Sequence record: SRR2962707_445
Strand: one strand, 5' to 3'
Length of the DNA: 36,819 bases
Shown piece by piece: positions 7,414-16,937 of the stretch. The notes beneath the pieces were generated by a model. That model was not told the DNA's origin and did not search any database. It worked only from the letters and a program-made list of their open reading frames with translations. The translations under genes and the position numbers were made by a program. The stretch's first letter is position 1, and each line of letters starts with the position of its first letter.

Positions 7414-9795
7414 TTACGGGTTGTTCGTTTGTTTTCGGTTCGATTGCTTTCGAATGGATTCTATGGCCATCAGCACTCGTTCTGGTGTGGCTGGCGCGTC
7501 TATGTCTGGGTGGAAGCGATACTCGCCCACGGATGCAACTGCGTCTTTAATAGCACACCAAGCGGCAATGCCTAACATAAAGGGCGGTTCGCCTACGGCT
7601 TTTGAATGGTAAACCGTGTCTTCAGGGTTTTTACGGCTTTCTACCAAGGTGACTCGTAAATCATTCGGCATATCGCTAATGGCAGGGATTTTATAACTTG
7701 CTGGGCCGCTTGTCATGAGACGACCTTGATCATTCCAGACTAATTCTTCGCTGGTTAGCCAGCCCATACCTTGAATAAAACCTCCTTCAATTTGCCCGAT
7801 GTCGATGGCAGGGTTTAAGGTGGCGCCCACATCATGAAGAATGTCGGTGCGGGTAAAGTGGTATTCACCAGTAAAGCTATCGACGATGACTTCACAACAG
7901 GCCAGACCGTAAGCAAAGTAATAAAACGGACGACCACTGGCGGTGGCACGATCGTAGTGAATTTTGGGGGTTTTGTAGAAACCTGTGCTCGATAAAGAAA
8001 TCTGATTTAGATAAGCCAATTCAATCAGGGATTCAAACGAGAGGTAAGTGTCACGGACTTTAACCTGGCCATTATTGAATTCAATGTCTTCTGGCGAAAC
8101 TCGATAATGGCTTGCCAAAAAGTCGATCAAACGCTGCTTGATGGTTAAGGCGGCGTTTTGTGCTGCTTTGCCGTTTAAGTCCGTACCGGAAGAGGCCGCG
8201 GTTGGCGATGTATTCGGTACTTTTTCTGTGTTGGTGGCGGTGATTTGGATTTTGTCGGTTTCTACTTGAAACACTTGAGCGACGATTTGTTGAACCTTGG
8301 TGTTCAGACCTTGGCCCATTTCGGTGCCGCCATGGTTCAAATGAATCGTGCCATCGGTATAAATGTGTATCAAGGCGCCGGCTTGGTTCAAAAAAGAATT
8401 GGTAAACGAAATACCAAATTTTACTGGAGTGAGTGCCAAGCCTTTTTTAAGAATCGGGCTGCTGGCATTGAAGGCTTTAATGGCGTCGCGGCGCGCGTAA
8501 TAATCGCAGCTGGCGATTAATTCTTCGGTGATCTCCGGCAGAATATTGTGCTCAACCGTTTGGTGGTACGGAGTCATATTGCGCTCGTTGGTGCCGTAAT
8601 AATTCAAGCGGCGAATGTCCAATGGGTCTTTGCCTAATTGACGGGCAATGGCATCGAGAATGTCTTCTGTCGGCACCATGCCTTGTGGGCCGCCAAAGCC
8701 ACGATAAGCGGTGTTTGACGCTGTGTTGGTTTTGCAACGATAACCCGTAATGGTGGCGTGCTCGAAGAAATACGCGTTATCTGCGTGGAACATGGCGCGA
8801 TCGACAATGGAGCCGGATAAATCCGGCGAATAGCCACAGTTGCCAGCGAGTTCCATGTTCAGTGCCGACACGCGTCCGTTGGCATCGTAACCAACGTCGT
8901 AGCGTGCATAAAACGGGTGACGTTTGCCGGTGATCGACATGTCTTCCATGCGCGGTAGGCGCATTTTTGTTGGGCGTCCGGTTAGGTGGGCAAACACCGC
9001 ACACAAGCACGCGATCGGGGCGGCTTGAGTTTCTTTACCGCCAAAGCCGCCGCCCATTCTGCGCATGTCCACTAAGACTTTGTTCATGCTGATGCCAAGC
9101 ACGCTGGCCACCAGTTTTTGTACTTCGGTCGGGTTTTGCGTGCTGGAATAGACAATCATGCCGCCGTCTTCAGCAGGCATCACAGAGGCCACTTGGGTTT
9201 CGAGGTAGAAGTGCTCTTGACCGCCAATATAGAGTTCACCCTGCAGGCGCAGAGGGGCTTTTTCGAGCGCGGTCGCGCTGTCGCCAATAACCAGCTGGTG
9301 GCTGTCTTGAACGAAGTGCTGTTTTTCTAGTGCCTCTTTAACATCAAGAATGGGCGTCAGGGGTTGGTAGTCTATCTTGACGGCTTTAGCGGCCTGTAAG
9401 GCGGCTTCGTGGCTGGTGGCGGCAATCGCAACAATCGGCTGGCCGTAATATTCAACCAGCCCATCGGCAAGCAAGGGGTCGCCTTTTAGTACTGGGCCAA
9501 CGTCCAGTTCACCTGGCACATCTTGCGCGCTAATAATACGCACCACGCCTGGCATGGTTAAGCAGGCGCTGGTGTCTATATTAAGGATCTTGGCGTGAGC
9601 GTATTCGCTGGTATGCACATACACGTGGAGCTGATTAGGAAACTCTAATTTGTCGTCTATGTATTGCGCTTCGCCACTGACATGCTTGTCGCCACTTTCG
9701 TGTTTAATGCCGCGGCCCACCCCGGTTTTAAGGTTGGCTTTGAATAAACGTTCTAATTCTGCTTGGCTGAGCTCTGGGGCGGAATGATTAGACAT
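7414..9795 (-). CDS. xdhB: Xanthine dehydrogenase molybdopterin-binding subunit
   Basis: GGQEHFYLET, RRMGGGFGGKE, AYRGFGGPQG, GGTEMGQGL, PTAASSG.D.NG, SKAVGEPP. Confidence 0.96.
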   Translation of the reverse strand: MSNHSAPELSQAELERLFKANLKTGVGRGIKHESGDKHVSGEAQYIDDKLEFPNQLHVYVHTSEYAHAKILNIDTSACLTMPGVVRIISAQDVPGELDVGPVLKGDPLLADGLVEYYGQPIVAIAATSHEAALQAAKAVKIDYQPLTPILDVKEALEKQHFVQDSHQLVIGDSATALEKAPLRLQGELYIGGQEHFYLETQVASVMPAEDGGMIVYSSTQNPTEVQKLVASVLGISMNKVLVDMRRMGGGFGGKETQAAPIACLCAVFAHLTGRPTKMRLPRMEDMSITGKRHPFYARYDVGYDANGRVSALNMELAGNCGYSPDLSGSIVDRAMFHADNAYFFEHATITGYRCKTNTASNTAYRGFGGPQGMVPTEDILDAIARQLGKDPLDIRRLNYYGTNERNMTPYHQTVEHNILPEITEELIASCDYYARRDAIKAFNASSPILKKGLALTPVKFGISFTNSFLNQAGALIHIYTDGTIHLNHGGTEMGQGLNTKVQQIVAQVFQVETDKIQITATNTEKVPNTSPTAASSGTDLNGKAAQNAALTIKQRLIDFLASHYRVSPEDIEFNNGQVKVRDTYLSFESLIELAYLNQISLSSTGFYKTPKIHYDRATASGRPFYYFAYGLACCEVIVDSFTGEYHFTRTDILHDVGATLNPAIDIGQIEGGFIQGMGWLTSEELVWNDQGRLMTSGPASYKIPAISDMPNDLRVTLVESRKNPEDTVYHSKAVGEPPFMLGIAAWCAIKDAVASVGEYRFHPDIDAPATPERVLMAIESIRKQSNRKQTNNP

Positions 9796-11230
9796 GGGCC
9801 GTTACTCGCGTTATCAGGTGGTCTGGGTTAGACGTGGTCTCGATGAAGTATTTGCGCAATAGATTTCGTGCCACCAATTGGCGGTATTCTTTCGAGGCTC
9901 TAAAGTCACTCAATGGAGTGAAGTCACGCGCGAGGGCAGCGCACGCGTTTTCTATGGTGCTTTGTGACCATGCTTGTCCGATGAGGGCTTGCTCACAATG
10001 GCTGGCGCGTTTTGGGATCGCCGCCATACCACCAAACGCAAGCCTGGCGGTGGTGACTTTGCCGGCATGGATTGTTATGTTCATGGCCGCGCAAACGGCT
10101 GAAATGTCGTCGTCTATGCGCTTTGATACCTTATAAGCTTTGAATGTCGTGTGGGTTGGTTTTGGCACCAAAATTTTCTCAATAAACTCGCTCGATTGAC
10201 GTACGGTTTTTTTGTAGTCCAAAAAGTAATCTTCAATCGCAATAAGGCGTGTGCTGTCACCTTGTCTTAGTTGCACTTGAGCGTCGAGCGCGATCAGCAA
10301 AGGGGGAGAATCGCCAATGGGAGAGGCGTTTGCAATGTTGCCGCCAAAGGTGCCTTGGTTGCGGATTTGTAAGGAGGCAAAGCGGTGCAGCAACGCACCA
10401 AAATCAGGGTAATACTTAGCGAGTACGGCGTAACAGTCCGTGAGAGGCGTGGCAGCACCAATCTCTATCATGGTGTCTGTTTCTGTCACTTGCTTCATCT
10501 CTGTGACATTACCAAGGTAGATGACCTTATCGAGCGCACGGTGGAACTGGGTGACTTCTAGGGCCAAATCGGTGCCGCCAGCTAATAAATGCGCATCTGG
10601 GTGTTGTTGATAAAGCTGCGCCAGTTCTTGGCTGCTGGTTGGCAAATAAGCTCGACGATTTTTACCTTGTAACTCTGTGTTGCTGATCGGTTTGATGGCG
10701 TCCAATCTAGATATGGTGTCGGCTTCTTGGGCGTCGAACTGATCCGCCTGTTTGTTTTCGCAACTCTGTTTTGCCGCGTCGTAAATAGGGCGATAGCCAG
10801 TACATCGGCACAAATTACCCGCTAACGCTTCACTGGTTTGTGCTGGATCATACTGTTCTGCGTTTTTCTGCAGAGCAAAAAGCGACATAACAAAGCCTGG
10901 GGTGCAGTAACCGCATTGAGAACCGTGGCAATCGGCCATGGCTTGTTGGGTGCTGTGTAAGGTTTGCTGGTGTTTTAGGTCTTCCACTGTGATGAGTTGT
11001 TTACCATGCAGGGCAGAAACAAAGGTTAAGCACGAATTCACACTGCGATAGCGTAAACGGCCTGCCACAACCTCAGCCAACACCACACTACAGGCACCAC
11101 AATCACCGGAAGCACAGCCTTCTTTGGTGCCGGTTTTGGTGAGCGTATTGCGCAGGTAATTTAATACCGTCAAATTTGGGTCTAGGTTGTCTTCTTGACG
11201 AAGCTCTTGATTCAGTAAAAATTGAATCAC
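9788..11230 (-). CDS. xdhA: Xanthine dehydrogenase small subunit (2x[2Fe-2S], FAD)
   Basis: GTKEGCASGDCGAC, QCGYCTPGF, GNLCRCTGY, AGGTDL, QIRN.GT.GGN; GTG start with AGGAG SD. Confidence 0.96.
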   Translation of the reverse strand: MIQFLLNQELRQEDNLDPNLTVLNYLRNTLTKTGTKEGCASGDCGACSVVLAEVVAGRLRYRSVNSCLTFVSALHGKQLITVEDLKHQQTLHSTQQAMADCHGSQCGYCTPGFVMSLFALQKNAEQYDPAQTSEALAGNLCRCTGYRPIYDAAKQSCENKQADQFDAQEADTISRLDAIKPISNTELQGKNRRAYLPTSSQELAQLYQQHPDAHLLAGGTDLALEVTQFHRALDKVIYLGNVTEMKQVTETDTMIEIGAATPLTDCYAVLAKYYPDFGALLHRFASLQIRNQGTFGGNIANASPIGDSPPLLIALDAQVQLRQGDSTRLIAIEDYFLDYKKTVRQSSEFIEKILVPKPTHTTFKAYKVSKRIDDDISAVCAAMNITIHAGKVTTARLAFGGMAAIPKRASHCEQALIGQAWSQSTIENACAALARDFTPLSDFRASKEYRQLVARNLLRKYFIETTSNPDHLITRVTAHV

Positions 11231-11416
11231 GGTTGTCTCTCCTGAAAGCAGTCTGCTTTTTTGCGATGCTGGTGACGAATGTAATCAGCCCATTACATCG
11301 TATTTACCGCGTTCCAGTTCGCGCTCTTTAGTGCTTATTTAAACTGTAGAACATGGGCATCATATTGGTATTTTGGGCAGGATCTGCCACGATAATTTGA
11401 CGCTATAAGCAAAACT

Positions 11417-11432
11417 TTGACCGATCGGTTAT
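11417..11432. promoter_or_regulatory. RutR-like operator upstream of xdhA
   Basis: TTGACCGATCGGTTAT resembles the RutR palindrome TTGACC-N4-GGTCAA (2 mismatches); lies just downstream of a minus-strand TTGACA (11442-11437). Confidence 0.55.
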
Positions 11433-11585
11433 GTTTTGTCAAACCTTTGTCTGGATTTTATGGTGTGTGCTTAAATAGTGGGCGGTCTGTTTATTTTGGT
11501 GCGTTCTTTGGCGGTGTGGTTTGTGTCGCGCGGTGTGTTTCTGAGGGCTTATTTCTGGGCGTAATCGCGGCTAGATGAATCTGAG

Positions 11586-11957
11586 TTAGGGGGAGACTTT
11601 GCTGCTTGCTCTAGACACAAAGAGCACGCCCGTCACCACCAACAATACGCCAACGCCATCGGCGAAAAAATCTGCCCATTCAGCATAACGATTAACGCTA
11701 GGCTGAATTAACTCAATGGCGCCGCCCCATAGAAAAATAAAAAGCGCCATGACAAAGAAGCGTTTTCGAGGCCCAAACACACACAACAATGACCACCCTG
11801 CAAACCCCAAAACATGATGAAGCTTGTCTGACCCCGCGACAGCAGGAAGCTGCTCCATCGGGGTGAGGGTGGTGTAGCTGATGAGTAACCAGCCGCCGAC
11901 AAAGCCAAGTAATTGAGCGATTGACGATTGCCAAAATGGCGGCGCATGTTTCATCAT
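11586..11957 (-). CDS. VanZ-like membrane protein
   Basis: TLTP...DKLHH..GF, G.AIELIQP.VNR..EW.DF.AD..G motif; four hydrophobic segments. Confidence 0.8.
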   Translation of the reverse strand: MMKHAPPFWQSSIAQLLGFVGGWLLISYTTLTPMEQLPAVAGSDKLHHVLGFAGWSLLCVFGPRKRFFVMALFIFLWGGAIELIQPSVNRYAEWADFFADGVGVLLVVTGVLFVSRASSKVSP

Positions 11958-11981
11958 GGTGCGTGTCGTTTCTCTAACCTA

Positions 11982-13364
11982 TTAGCGCAAAATGCGTGCG
12001 CGAATGTGTCGGCCTTTGATTTTTTTGTCTTCTAGCTCTTTGACGACGCGTTTGGCTTCTTTGCCATCTACAGAGACATAAGCTTGATAGTCAAAAATAT
12101 CGATTTTGCCCACTTGGGATTTGTCTAAACCAATGCCCGCGGTTAACGCACCCAAAATATCGCCTGGGCGAAGTTTATTTTTACGGCCAGCATCAAAGGC
12201 GATCGTCGCTTTATTAGGAACAAGGCGATAAGACGGGTCCAGTGCATCCAACTCGACGTAATTGGCTGTAATTCCGAAGCGAGTTTCTATGTCTCGGATC
12301 TTATAGTCATCTTTTGAGGTGACAAGGTTAACGGCGATACCAGAAGCACCAGCACGACCAGTTCGGCCAATACGGTGAGTGTGGACGTCAGTGTCGCGGG
12401 TGGTGTCATAGTTAACGACGAGGTCGACTTCTTTTACGTCAATGCCTCGAGCGGCCACATCGGTCGCGACCAAGACACAGCTGCTTTGGTTACTAAAACG
12501 CACTAAGACTTGATCGCGTTGCTTTTGTTCTAAATCACCGTGGATCGCTTGAGCGGCTACTTTGTGCTCACTTAACCAATCCGCTACATTTTGACATTCA
12601 ATTTTAGTGTTACAGAAGACGATCACTTGGCGTGGGTCGAAGTGCTGCAATGTGGCTAATAAGGTTTCACATTTCGCCGCGTTTTCGCTGCGGATAAAAA
12701 ATTGTTCGATATTAGGCTTGAGGTCTTCTTGAACTTCGATTTGGATCGAAATAGGCTTGTTCTGAAATTCACTGCTCAGTGCTTCAATTGTGTCGCCATA
12801 AGTGGCTGAGAACAATAATGTTTGGCGATTGCTTGGGGTCAGCTCAACCACTTCACGAATACTGTCAACAAAGCCCATGTCTAACATACGATCGGCTTCA
12901 TCCAACACCAAGGTGCTCAAGGCATTGAGTTTTAGTGTGCCTTTGCGCAAGTGCTCCATTAAGCGACCTGGTGTGCCAACCACAATGTGGGCGCCGTGTT
13001 CTAGTGAGCCAATTTGTGGCCCAAAGGGCATGCCGCCACACAAACTCAATACCTTGATGTTTTCTAAAAAGCGCGCCACTTTACGGATTTCTTTGGAAAC
13101 CTGGTCTGCAAGTTCACGGGTTGGGCACATGACGAGCGCTTGTACACCAAAGTAACGAGGGTTGATTTTAAGCAAAAGGCCGATCGCAAAAGCCAGCGTT
13201 TTTCCGCTCCCCGTTTGTGCTTGAGCGAGAATATCTTTGCCATTAATCATGGCAGGAAGACTTTGCTCTTGTATGGGAGTAAATGCCGTAAACCCCATGT
13301 CTGTTAACAGAGAGGTAAGTTTTGTTGGCAAGGCAATGTCTGAAGAGAGAGAAAACTGGGTCAC
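11982..13364 (-). CDS. dbpA: ATP-dependent DEAD-box RNA helicase DbpA
   Basis: AQTGSGKT, PTRELADQV, DEAD, SAT, HRIGRTGRAG and C-terminal RNA-binding domain GRKNKLRPGDILGALT. Confidence 0.93.
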   Translation of the reverse strand: MTQFSLSSDIALPTKLTSLLTDMGFTAFTPIQEQSLPAMINGKDILAQAQTGSGKTLAFAIGLLLKINPRYFGVQALVMCPTRELADQVSKEIRKVARFLENIKVLSLCGGMPFGPQIGSLEHGAHIVVGTPGRLMEHLRKGTLKLNALSTLVLDEADRMLDMGFVDSIREVVELTPSNRQTLLFSATYGDTIEALSSEFQNKPISIQIEVQEDLKPNIEQFFIRSENAAKCETLLATLQHFDPRQVIVFCNTKIECQNVADWLSEHKVAAQAIHGDLEQKQRDQVLVRFSNQSSCVLVATDVAARGIDVKEVDLVVNYDTTRDTDVHTHRIGRTGRAGASGIAVNLVTSKDDYKIRDIETRFGITANYVELDALDPSYRLVPNKATIAFDAGRKNKLRPGDILGALTAGIGLDKSQVGKIDIFDYQAYVSVDGKEAKRVVKELEDKKIKGRHIRARILR

Positions 13365-13520
13365 GAAAGGCCTGTATATATCAAAATAAATAAGCCCTAA
13401 GAATAACAGAAAAGCGTTTTTGTTGTTGGTTTTTGTAAATAATGGGGTGTTTCATTCGTGCATTTTAAGTAAAGTTACCGATAATATAAAAAGATACCGT
13501 TTTAATAGGGAACACGCTTT

Positions 13521-15932
13521 TTGAATGAACCTGTAAATCACCGAGATAGTTGGTTAGTCGCTTCGACAAGACGCCATGTAAAACATGCGTATCTTATCGT
13601 TTTCTCGATTGTTTTCTTTTGCGGTATCACAACCTGCTTGGCTTTGTATCATGAAGAAAAGCAACACATCTTGTCCGACGAACAAATCGCAGGCGATGAG
13701 TTTGTTGCGCTATTAAAAGATGCGCTAGAAAATTATGGCAAAGAAGTGACGTCTTTTTCTGTCATGGTGCAATCCACCAATGAGGCGCTCACCTACGATA
13801 TTTTTCAGCGTGCGAGTAAGCAATACGAATCCACTGAAAAAAACCAATCCTTACGGGTCTATTTTGCCAAATATGTCCCCCATGACCATCTGAATGCTTA
13901 TCTAAAGCAACAGCGCAGCTTAATGGGGCAAATGGACTTTAATATCACCCCAAGAGGAGCGCGCGAAGGCTATTTGCCTCTGACCTATGGTTATCCCTTT
14001 ACGAGTAACCCAGGCTTTGACTTATTAGAGCCTAGCTATGTAAACCATCAGGTAATTCAACGTATTAGAAGCGCTAAATCCTTAGTTATGTCGCAGATAA
14101 TGTCGATAGCCTCAGGTTCTGAATCGGTGAAACCGGATAAGTTTGTATTAAGGCGCTCTATTTATCTTCCCCTAGATAACCTAAAGGGTAGAGTGACCGA
14201 CGAGTTGGGTTTTTATGGCGTTATTGGGGTTATTTTTGATGTGAAAGGCCTCAAGCAGCAGCTAGAAAGTCACAGTGAGCGAGGTTTTTCTTATCGTATT
14301 TCTGATGTGAGCGATGACCCTGAACACCCAGTTTGGTTTGCCGACTCAAGCCATGGAAGAGATTTCGACCCGAACCATGAAATCTATTGGTCGAAAGGCG
14401 TTTACAACACCCATGTTATTGATTTTGCAGGGCGCAGTTGGCGTGTCGACACACGTTACAGTTCCAGCTTCCCGAGCTTGGTTAACTGGGGGCTGATTAT
14501 CGTGGCCTTTGTGATATTCAGCTTATTGGCCGTATTGCTCAGTTGGTACGTGAAATTACTCGCCAACGCCTACAATCAGGCCTTGCGTTTGGCCAGTGAC
14601 CACATAGAAATTGATGAATTAACGGGGCTGTTTAGTCGCTACAAAATCCAAACAGAGCTTAATACGCTGATTCGCCGATGCCGTTTGAAAGATCAGAAAT
14701 TGGCGTCTTTCTTCATGGATCTCGATTATTTTAAAACCATTAATGACGCCTTTGGTCATGAGACTGGTGACAAGCTGTTGATTAAGGTGGCCCAGCGTTT
14801 ACGCTCTGTTCTTCCTGATGAGGCCGTTATTGGTCGTTTGGGTGGGGATGAGTTTTTAGTGCTGTTGGTGTTGAGAGAGCATGAAAAGAACGCCTATTTA
14901 GAAGGCTTGTGTCGAGAAGTCATTCTGCAGGTCAGCCAAAGTTACTTTATCGATGGGCGGACACTCAATATAGGTTGCTCCATTGGGGTTGCCTTGTACC
15001 CAGATTATGGTCTAGATGCCGAGACATTGGTGAAGAACGCCGACATGGCAATGTATGAAGCTAAAACGGCGGGACGTGCCACTTATTATTTTTACGACGC
15101 TCAGATGGGCGCGCGTTTGTCGCGCAATGTGCGCATTGAAACGCGTTTACGTCAGGCCTTGCAAGACGATGTGTTGGAGCTGCAATTTCAACCTAAAGTG
15201 GACCTAAGTACGCAAAAATGTGTTGGCTTAGAAGCCTTGTTGCGTTGGGAAGACAGCGAATTGGGTTGGGTTTCTCCTGCTGAATTTGTGCCGGTTGCAG
15301 AGCAAACTGGGATTATCTTGCTGTTGGGCGAGTGGGTTTTTGAACAAGCCTGCAAGCACATAGTAGTGTGGCGAGAAGAGGGCATTCAAGTGCCTCCGAT
15401 TGCGGTCAATTGTTCTGCTGCGCAATTAAAACGACCGAATTTCTTAGCGCACTTATTGGGCTTGTTGGACAAATACAAAATCGATCCGAGCTTGTTAGAG
15501 CTTGAGGTGACCGAGTCGATTTTGATTGAAGACGCAGAGAGCTGTGCAGAGCTCTTAAGGCAAGTCAGTCAGCTGGGTATGAAATTGGCGATTGACGATT
15601 TTGGAACCGGTTATTCAAGCTTAAGTTATCTAAAAGATTTGCCATTCCATTACGTAAAAATCGATCAGGTTTTTATTCGAGACATTATGGAAGACCCTGA
15701 TCATGATGCGTTGACCAGAGCCATTATCAATCTAAGTCATGATTTAAACCTCAAGGTCATCGCCGAAGGCATTACCCGAACGGATCAATTAGAGCGGCTA
15801 AAAAGTTACGGTTGTGATATTGGTCAAGGGTATTTGTTTAGCGCAGCATTGGGGGCAAGTTCGATGGTAAACGACCCTATGATAGTCGCATTGCGCGAGC
15901 AGCAAGAAGACGATGGCACGTTAGAGAATTAG
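13521..15932 (+). CDS. Membrane-anchored sensor (CHASE-like) GGDEF-EAL diguanylate cyclase/phosphodiesterase
   Basis: Two TM segments flank a periplasmic domain (R.GYLPLTY.YP...GFDL, F.GRSW); DLDYFK.INDAFGH..GD, RLGGDEF, EALLRW, DDFGTGYSSLSYL. Confidence 0.9.
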   Translation: MNEPVNHRDSWLVASTRRHVKHAYLIVFSIVFFCGITTCLALYHEEKQHILSDEQIAGDEFVALLKDALENYGKEVTSFSVMVQSTNEALTYDIFQRASKQYESTEKNQSLRVYFAKYVPHDHLNAYLKQQRSLMGQMDFNITPRGAREGYLPLTYGYPFTSNPGFDLLEPSYVNHQVIQRIRSAKSLVMSQIMSIASGSESVKPDKFVLRRSIYLPLDNLKGRVTDELGFYGVIGVIFDVKGLKQQLESHSERGFSYRISDVSDDPEHPVWFADSSHGRDFDPNHEIYWSKGVYNTHVIDFAGRSWRVDTRYSSSFPSLVNWGLIIVAFVIFSLLAVLLSWYVKLLANAYNQALRLASDHIEIDELTGLFSRYKIQTELNTLIRRCRLKDQKLASFFMDLDYFKTINDAFGHETGDKLLIKVAQRLRSVLPDEAVIGRLGGDEFLVLLVLREHEKNAYLEGLCREVILQVSQSYFIDGRTLNIGCSIGVALYPDYGLDAETLVKNADMAMYEAKTAGRATYYFYDAQMGARLSRNVRIETRLRQALQDDVLELQFQPKVDLSTQKCVGLEALLRWEDSELGWVSPAEFVPVAEQTGIILLLGEWVFEQACKHIVVWREEGIQVPPIAVNCSAAQLKRPNFLAHLLGLLDKYKIDPSLLELEVTESILIEDAESCAELLRQVSQLGMKLAIDDFGTGYSSLSYLKDLPFHYVKIDQVFIRDIMEDPDHDALTRAIINLSHDLNLKVIAEGITRTDQLERLKSYGCDIGQGYLFSAALGASSMVNDPMIVALREQQEDDGTLEN

Positions 15933-15968
15933 CGTGTCGTAGACGCAACCTAACCCGTGCACGATCAG

Positions 15969-16002
15969 AATGACCTAACCGGCAAAGGTTAGGTCATTTT
16001 TT
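15969..16002 (+). terminator. Intrinsic terminator of the GGDEF-EAL gene, overlapping the LysR stop
   Basis: AATGACCTAACC-ggcaaa-GGTTAGGTCATT then TTTT. Confidence 0.7.
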
Positions 16003-16909
16003 CTTTTAGGCTGTTCCAGAGCTGATTTAGGTTGGGGCTCTGGTTTAATCGAGACCGATAAAGTCGTATTTCTAAGGGAATGTGCCAGTTTTCTTCGCCC
16101 GCCAGCGCCACCTTGCCATAGCTTAATGTGTCCAACAGCAACCTTTTCGGCACCCATCCTAGGCCGTAACCTTCTTTTATCATGGCTTTCACACTGATTG
16201 AATGGTAGTTCTCGTTCAGTGTTTGCAGCTGTGGCACTTCGCGTTGACGCTGTAAATGGTGGCTGATAATGGGCTGTAGGAATGAGTTTTCATAATAGCC
16301 AATATAAGGAAGCGGTTTACGTTTCATGCCTGGTAGCGCGTATTTAGGTTCGCCATTTTCATCGGTTGCACTGCAAGGGATGAGGGTTTCTTCGCCAATG
16401 ACGAGATAGTCATACTGATCGTCGTCCAGTGCGCGTATGAAATTAATCGCAGGGTGCCAATAGCACAGCATGAGGTCACACTGTTGATTGACCAAGGCGT
16501 TGACAAAGTCGATGCCGAGCCAAGAACTCGACTTCATATTGACGTCCATTTCCATGCCAATGCTTGCGCAGAAAGGTTCGATGGCTTCTTTGTAAAAGCT
16601 GAGAAACAAGGTTTGTGTTGAAATAAAGCGTATTTGAGACTCTTCTTGTTTGCGAATTTCTTGGCAGCGCTCTTTTGTGTCTCTTAATTGTCTGGTAATG
16701 AGTTCTGCGCTTTGCAGAAACACTTCGCCTGCTGGCGTCAGCGATAACGGCAAGGTGTTACGATCAATGAGCGTGACGCGCATTTCTTCTTCGAGCAGTT
16801 TAATGCGTCGGCTAAACGTTGGTTGAGTCACATTTTGCTCATCGGCCGCGCGCGAAAAGTGCCGCGTTTTTGCGAGGGCGATAAAATCTTCAAGCCACCT
16901 TATTTCCAT
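15989..16909 (-). CDS. LysR family regulator (YjiE/HypT-like N-terminus)
   Basis: EIRWLEDFIALAKTRHFSRAA..NVTQPTFSRRIKLLEE HTH; GGGGG SD. Confidence 0.88.
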   Translation of the reverse strand: MEIRWLEDFIALAKTRHFSRAADEQNVTQPTFSRRIKLLEEEMRVTLIDRNTLPLSLTPAGEVFLQSAELITRQLRDTKERCQEIRKQEESQIRFISTQTLFLSFYKEAIEPFCASIGMEMDVNMKSSSWLGIDFVNALVNQQCDLMLCYWHPAINFIRALDDDQYDYLVIGEETLIPCSATDENGEPKYALPGMKRKPLPYIGYYENSFLQPIISHHLQRQREVPQLQTLNENYHSISVKAMIKEGYGLGWVPKRLLLDTLSYGKVALAGEENWHIPLEIRLYRSRLNQSPNLNQLWNSLKEKMT

Positions 16910-16937
16910 GAAGCCCCCCTAGGTAATCGTCCGTATC

